A stretch of 59,257 nucleotides of DNA, the filler included, from Streblomastix strix (Eukaryota), in the NCBI GenBank assembly GCA_008636045.1. It is 2 parts of 2 records of this genome, joined end to end, with 100 filler letters (N's around TTAATTAATTAA, not from the genome) between each part and the next. Parts side by side here need not be neighbours in the genome. Positions count along the whole stretch, not along the records: positions 29,686 to 59,257 come from SNRW01000100.1; 1 more part is not named here. One strand, given 5' to 3'. The notes beneath the pieces are model-generated. The model searched no databases, was not told the DNA's origin, and saw only the letters and a list, made by a program, of their open reading frames with translations. Each line of letters opens with the position of its first letter. The stretch's first letter is position 1. Positions 57,561 to 59,257 of the stretch are shown here, in pieces. A program made the position numbers and the translations under genes.

Positions 57561-59257
57561 TCATGTTTTTTTATCTACATTTTATATAATTTATGCAAAC
57601 AGCTTTTCTTTCCTTTTTTAATCTTCAATATCTGCTTATTCACCAGTTAATAATGTTTCTTAATTATCTTTTGTATAATATTCACTCTCAAGTTGAATAA
57701 CAGAAAATGTGAGAAGGGGTGTTTCAGGTAATAAATTGAATTTTGCTTCAATTGGTAAAATTTCTTCTGGTCCAGTTTCAACTTTTTCTTATAAATTATT
57801 AGTTGTATCTTATTTATCTTAGTTGTTAATTTTACTGGGGTACATTGTTATTGCTGTTAAATCTTGTGTTTACTCTTTATATTCTAAAGTATCAGGAGTT
57901 AAATTTTGGGGTTATGATGTGATAGGAATTGGAACGGTTTAAGAAGTAGAAGTTTAAGATTTATTTTAAATTTATATATCTTTTTATTTAAGTATTTACT
58001 ATTATTGATAATCATTTATTTATTATTAAATATTATTAGTCTTTCTCAGTTTTGAAGGAACAGACAATCTAACTAAAGTCACAGCACCAAGCGATTTATT
58101 ATTATATGAATCAGAAGAAAACAGAGTCATGATCTTCCCATTGTGCAATGCAGGATGGAAACCTAAGGGAGATGCTTCATGCGCACGAATAACCACATCA
58201 TATGCATTGCTTCTCATAAATCGCTCTGTCGTATCTACTGAGAAAGGAGGTCTACTAAGTTCCACTTTTTCATAAATATGTGGATCGCCCCAACGCGACC
58301 AATATGATTATTTTTCCCATCTCAGATTATCATTAGATAATGGATTGGTATCATGATATTCAATATGTTCGTGTATTGGATCGTATATTGGTACTGTTGG
58401 ATTAATACCACCGTGTAAAAGAAGAATACGTCTTGTGTGAATTATTGGAATTGGAAGAGTGATTTGATTGGATGTTTATTGAGGAATTAGTTGAGATGGA
58501 ATTGACTGTTATTTGGAATTTGATTGAATTATATCTTCATTCTCTCTAGATGATTAAGAACTTTATTATGGGGTTTATGGAGTTATTTGCATATTTTATA
58601 ATTAATCAGTTAAATTTACAGAATTATTTTTATAATTACTTTATTCAGATGTTTATTTTTCTGATTATTTAATTATTTATCCATTTTCATTTTTATTTTA
58701 TTCAATATTTTATTTAATAGTTTTTACAGGAGTATGATAATACAATGTTGCAGAACATGTAATTGGCATTCGTAGGAAAATATCACCAAGTTTCGAGAAG
58801 ACAAAATTAGTCCCATGTTCTTTTATTATATCGTTGCAATATTACTATAGATGCATATCCTTATAAATAAATATCAAAAAAAATTAAAATAATAATATAA
58901 AAATTATTTAAATAAATTATATAAATATTTAAAATTATTAAACTCTATCCTCTTCTCTAGCTTTCTATTCTGATACATCTTTTTAGAATTTCTCATCAAA
59001 CTAATTTTTATCTGGAAATTGATCACTAAAATTACGAACAAATAAAATATCGTGCTTGGTCTATATAAAACGCTGTTCGGAATATTATTAATCGTCGTGA
59101 TTTCCCCTCAAAAGAACAATTTTTGACGGAAAAGCCATCTTATATGCCAGAATAAGTAATACACATTCAAGTGAATGATCTCCTCTGTCAATATAATCTC
59201 CTAAGAAGACAACTTTCCCTTTCTTTGAACTGTTCAATAAGAGAACTTCATCTGCAG
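57561..59257 (-). CDS. PPP-family Ser/Thr protein phosphatase (divergent, with low-complexity insertions), 5'-partial; intron 58860-58943
   Basis: [57 protein letters not shown] and LTFSVIQL. First in-frame TGA at 57563-57561; coding-like sequence continues to ~57460, so a homopolymer indel is possible. Confidence 0.9.

Overview
This is very AT-rich eukaryotic DNA with spliceosomal introns. It uses the non-canonical code TAA/TAG=Gln (translation table 6) with TGA as the stop, so the supplied standard-code ORF track is mostly fragments and antisense shadows. The code plus lineage-expanded gene families suggest an oxymonad such as Streblomastix strix (inference). An artificial 100-nt spacer (N44-TTAATTAATTAA-N44, 29586-29685) splits the window into two pieces. 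The left piece is gene-dense. It carries a giant ATR/Mec1-like PIKK gene (>5,800 codons, no intron detected, running off the window start) with a (TAA)35 polyGln tract, at least three in-frame TGA codons and a probable frameshift. It also carries a 2,043-aa beta-helix-type surface protein, a VASt/StARkin-like protein, TRAP-gamma, a p24/TMED cargo receptor and the C-terminus of an RG/DRY-rich protein. The right piece is richer in repeats and relics. It carries a membrane protein with a degenerate C-terminal hemerythrin domain, a second surface protein, a SPRY-like pseudogene and a decayed DIRS1-type retrotransposon (RT-RNaseH-MT-YR with an ~86-bp inverted repeat). It also holds an ARM-repeat gene made of two duplicated exon modules, a lineage-specific hypothetical gene, CFAP52-like and EF-1alpha pseudogenes, possible hAT relics and a PPP-family phosphatase. 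All translations and homology calls were made by eye, without searches.
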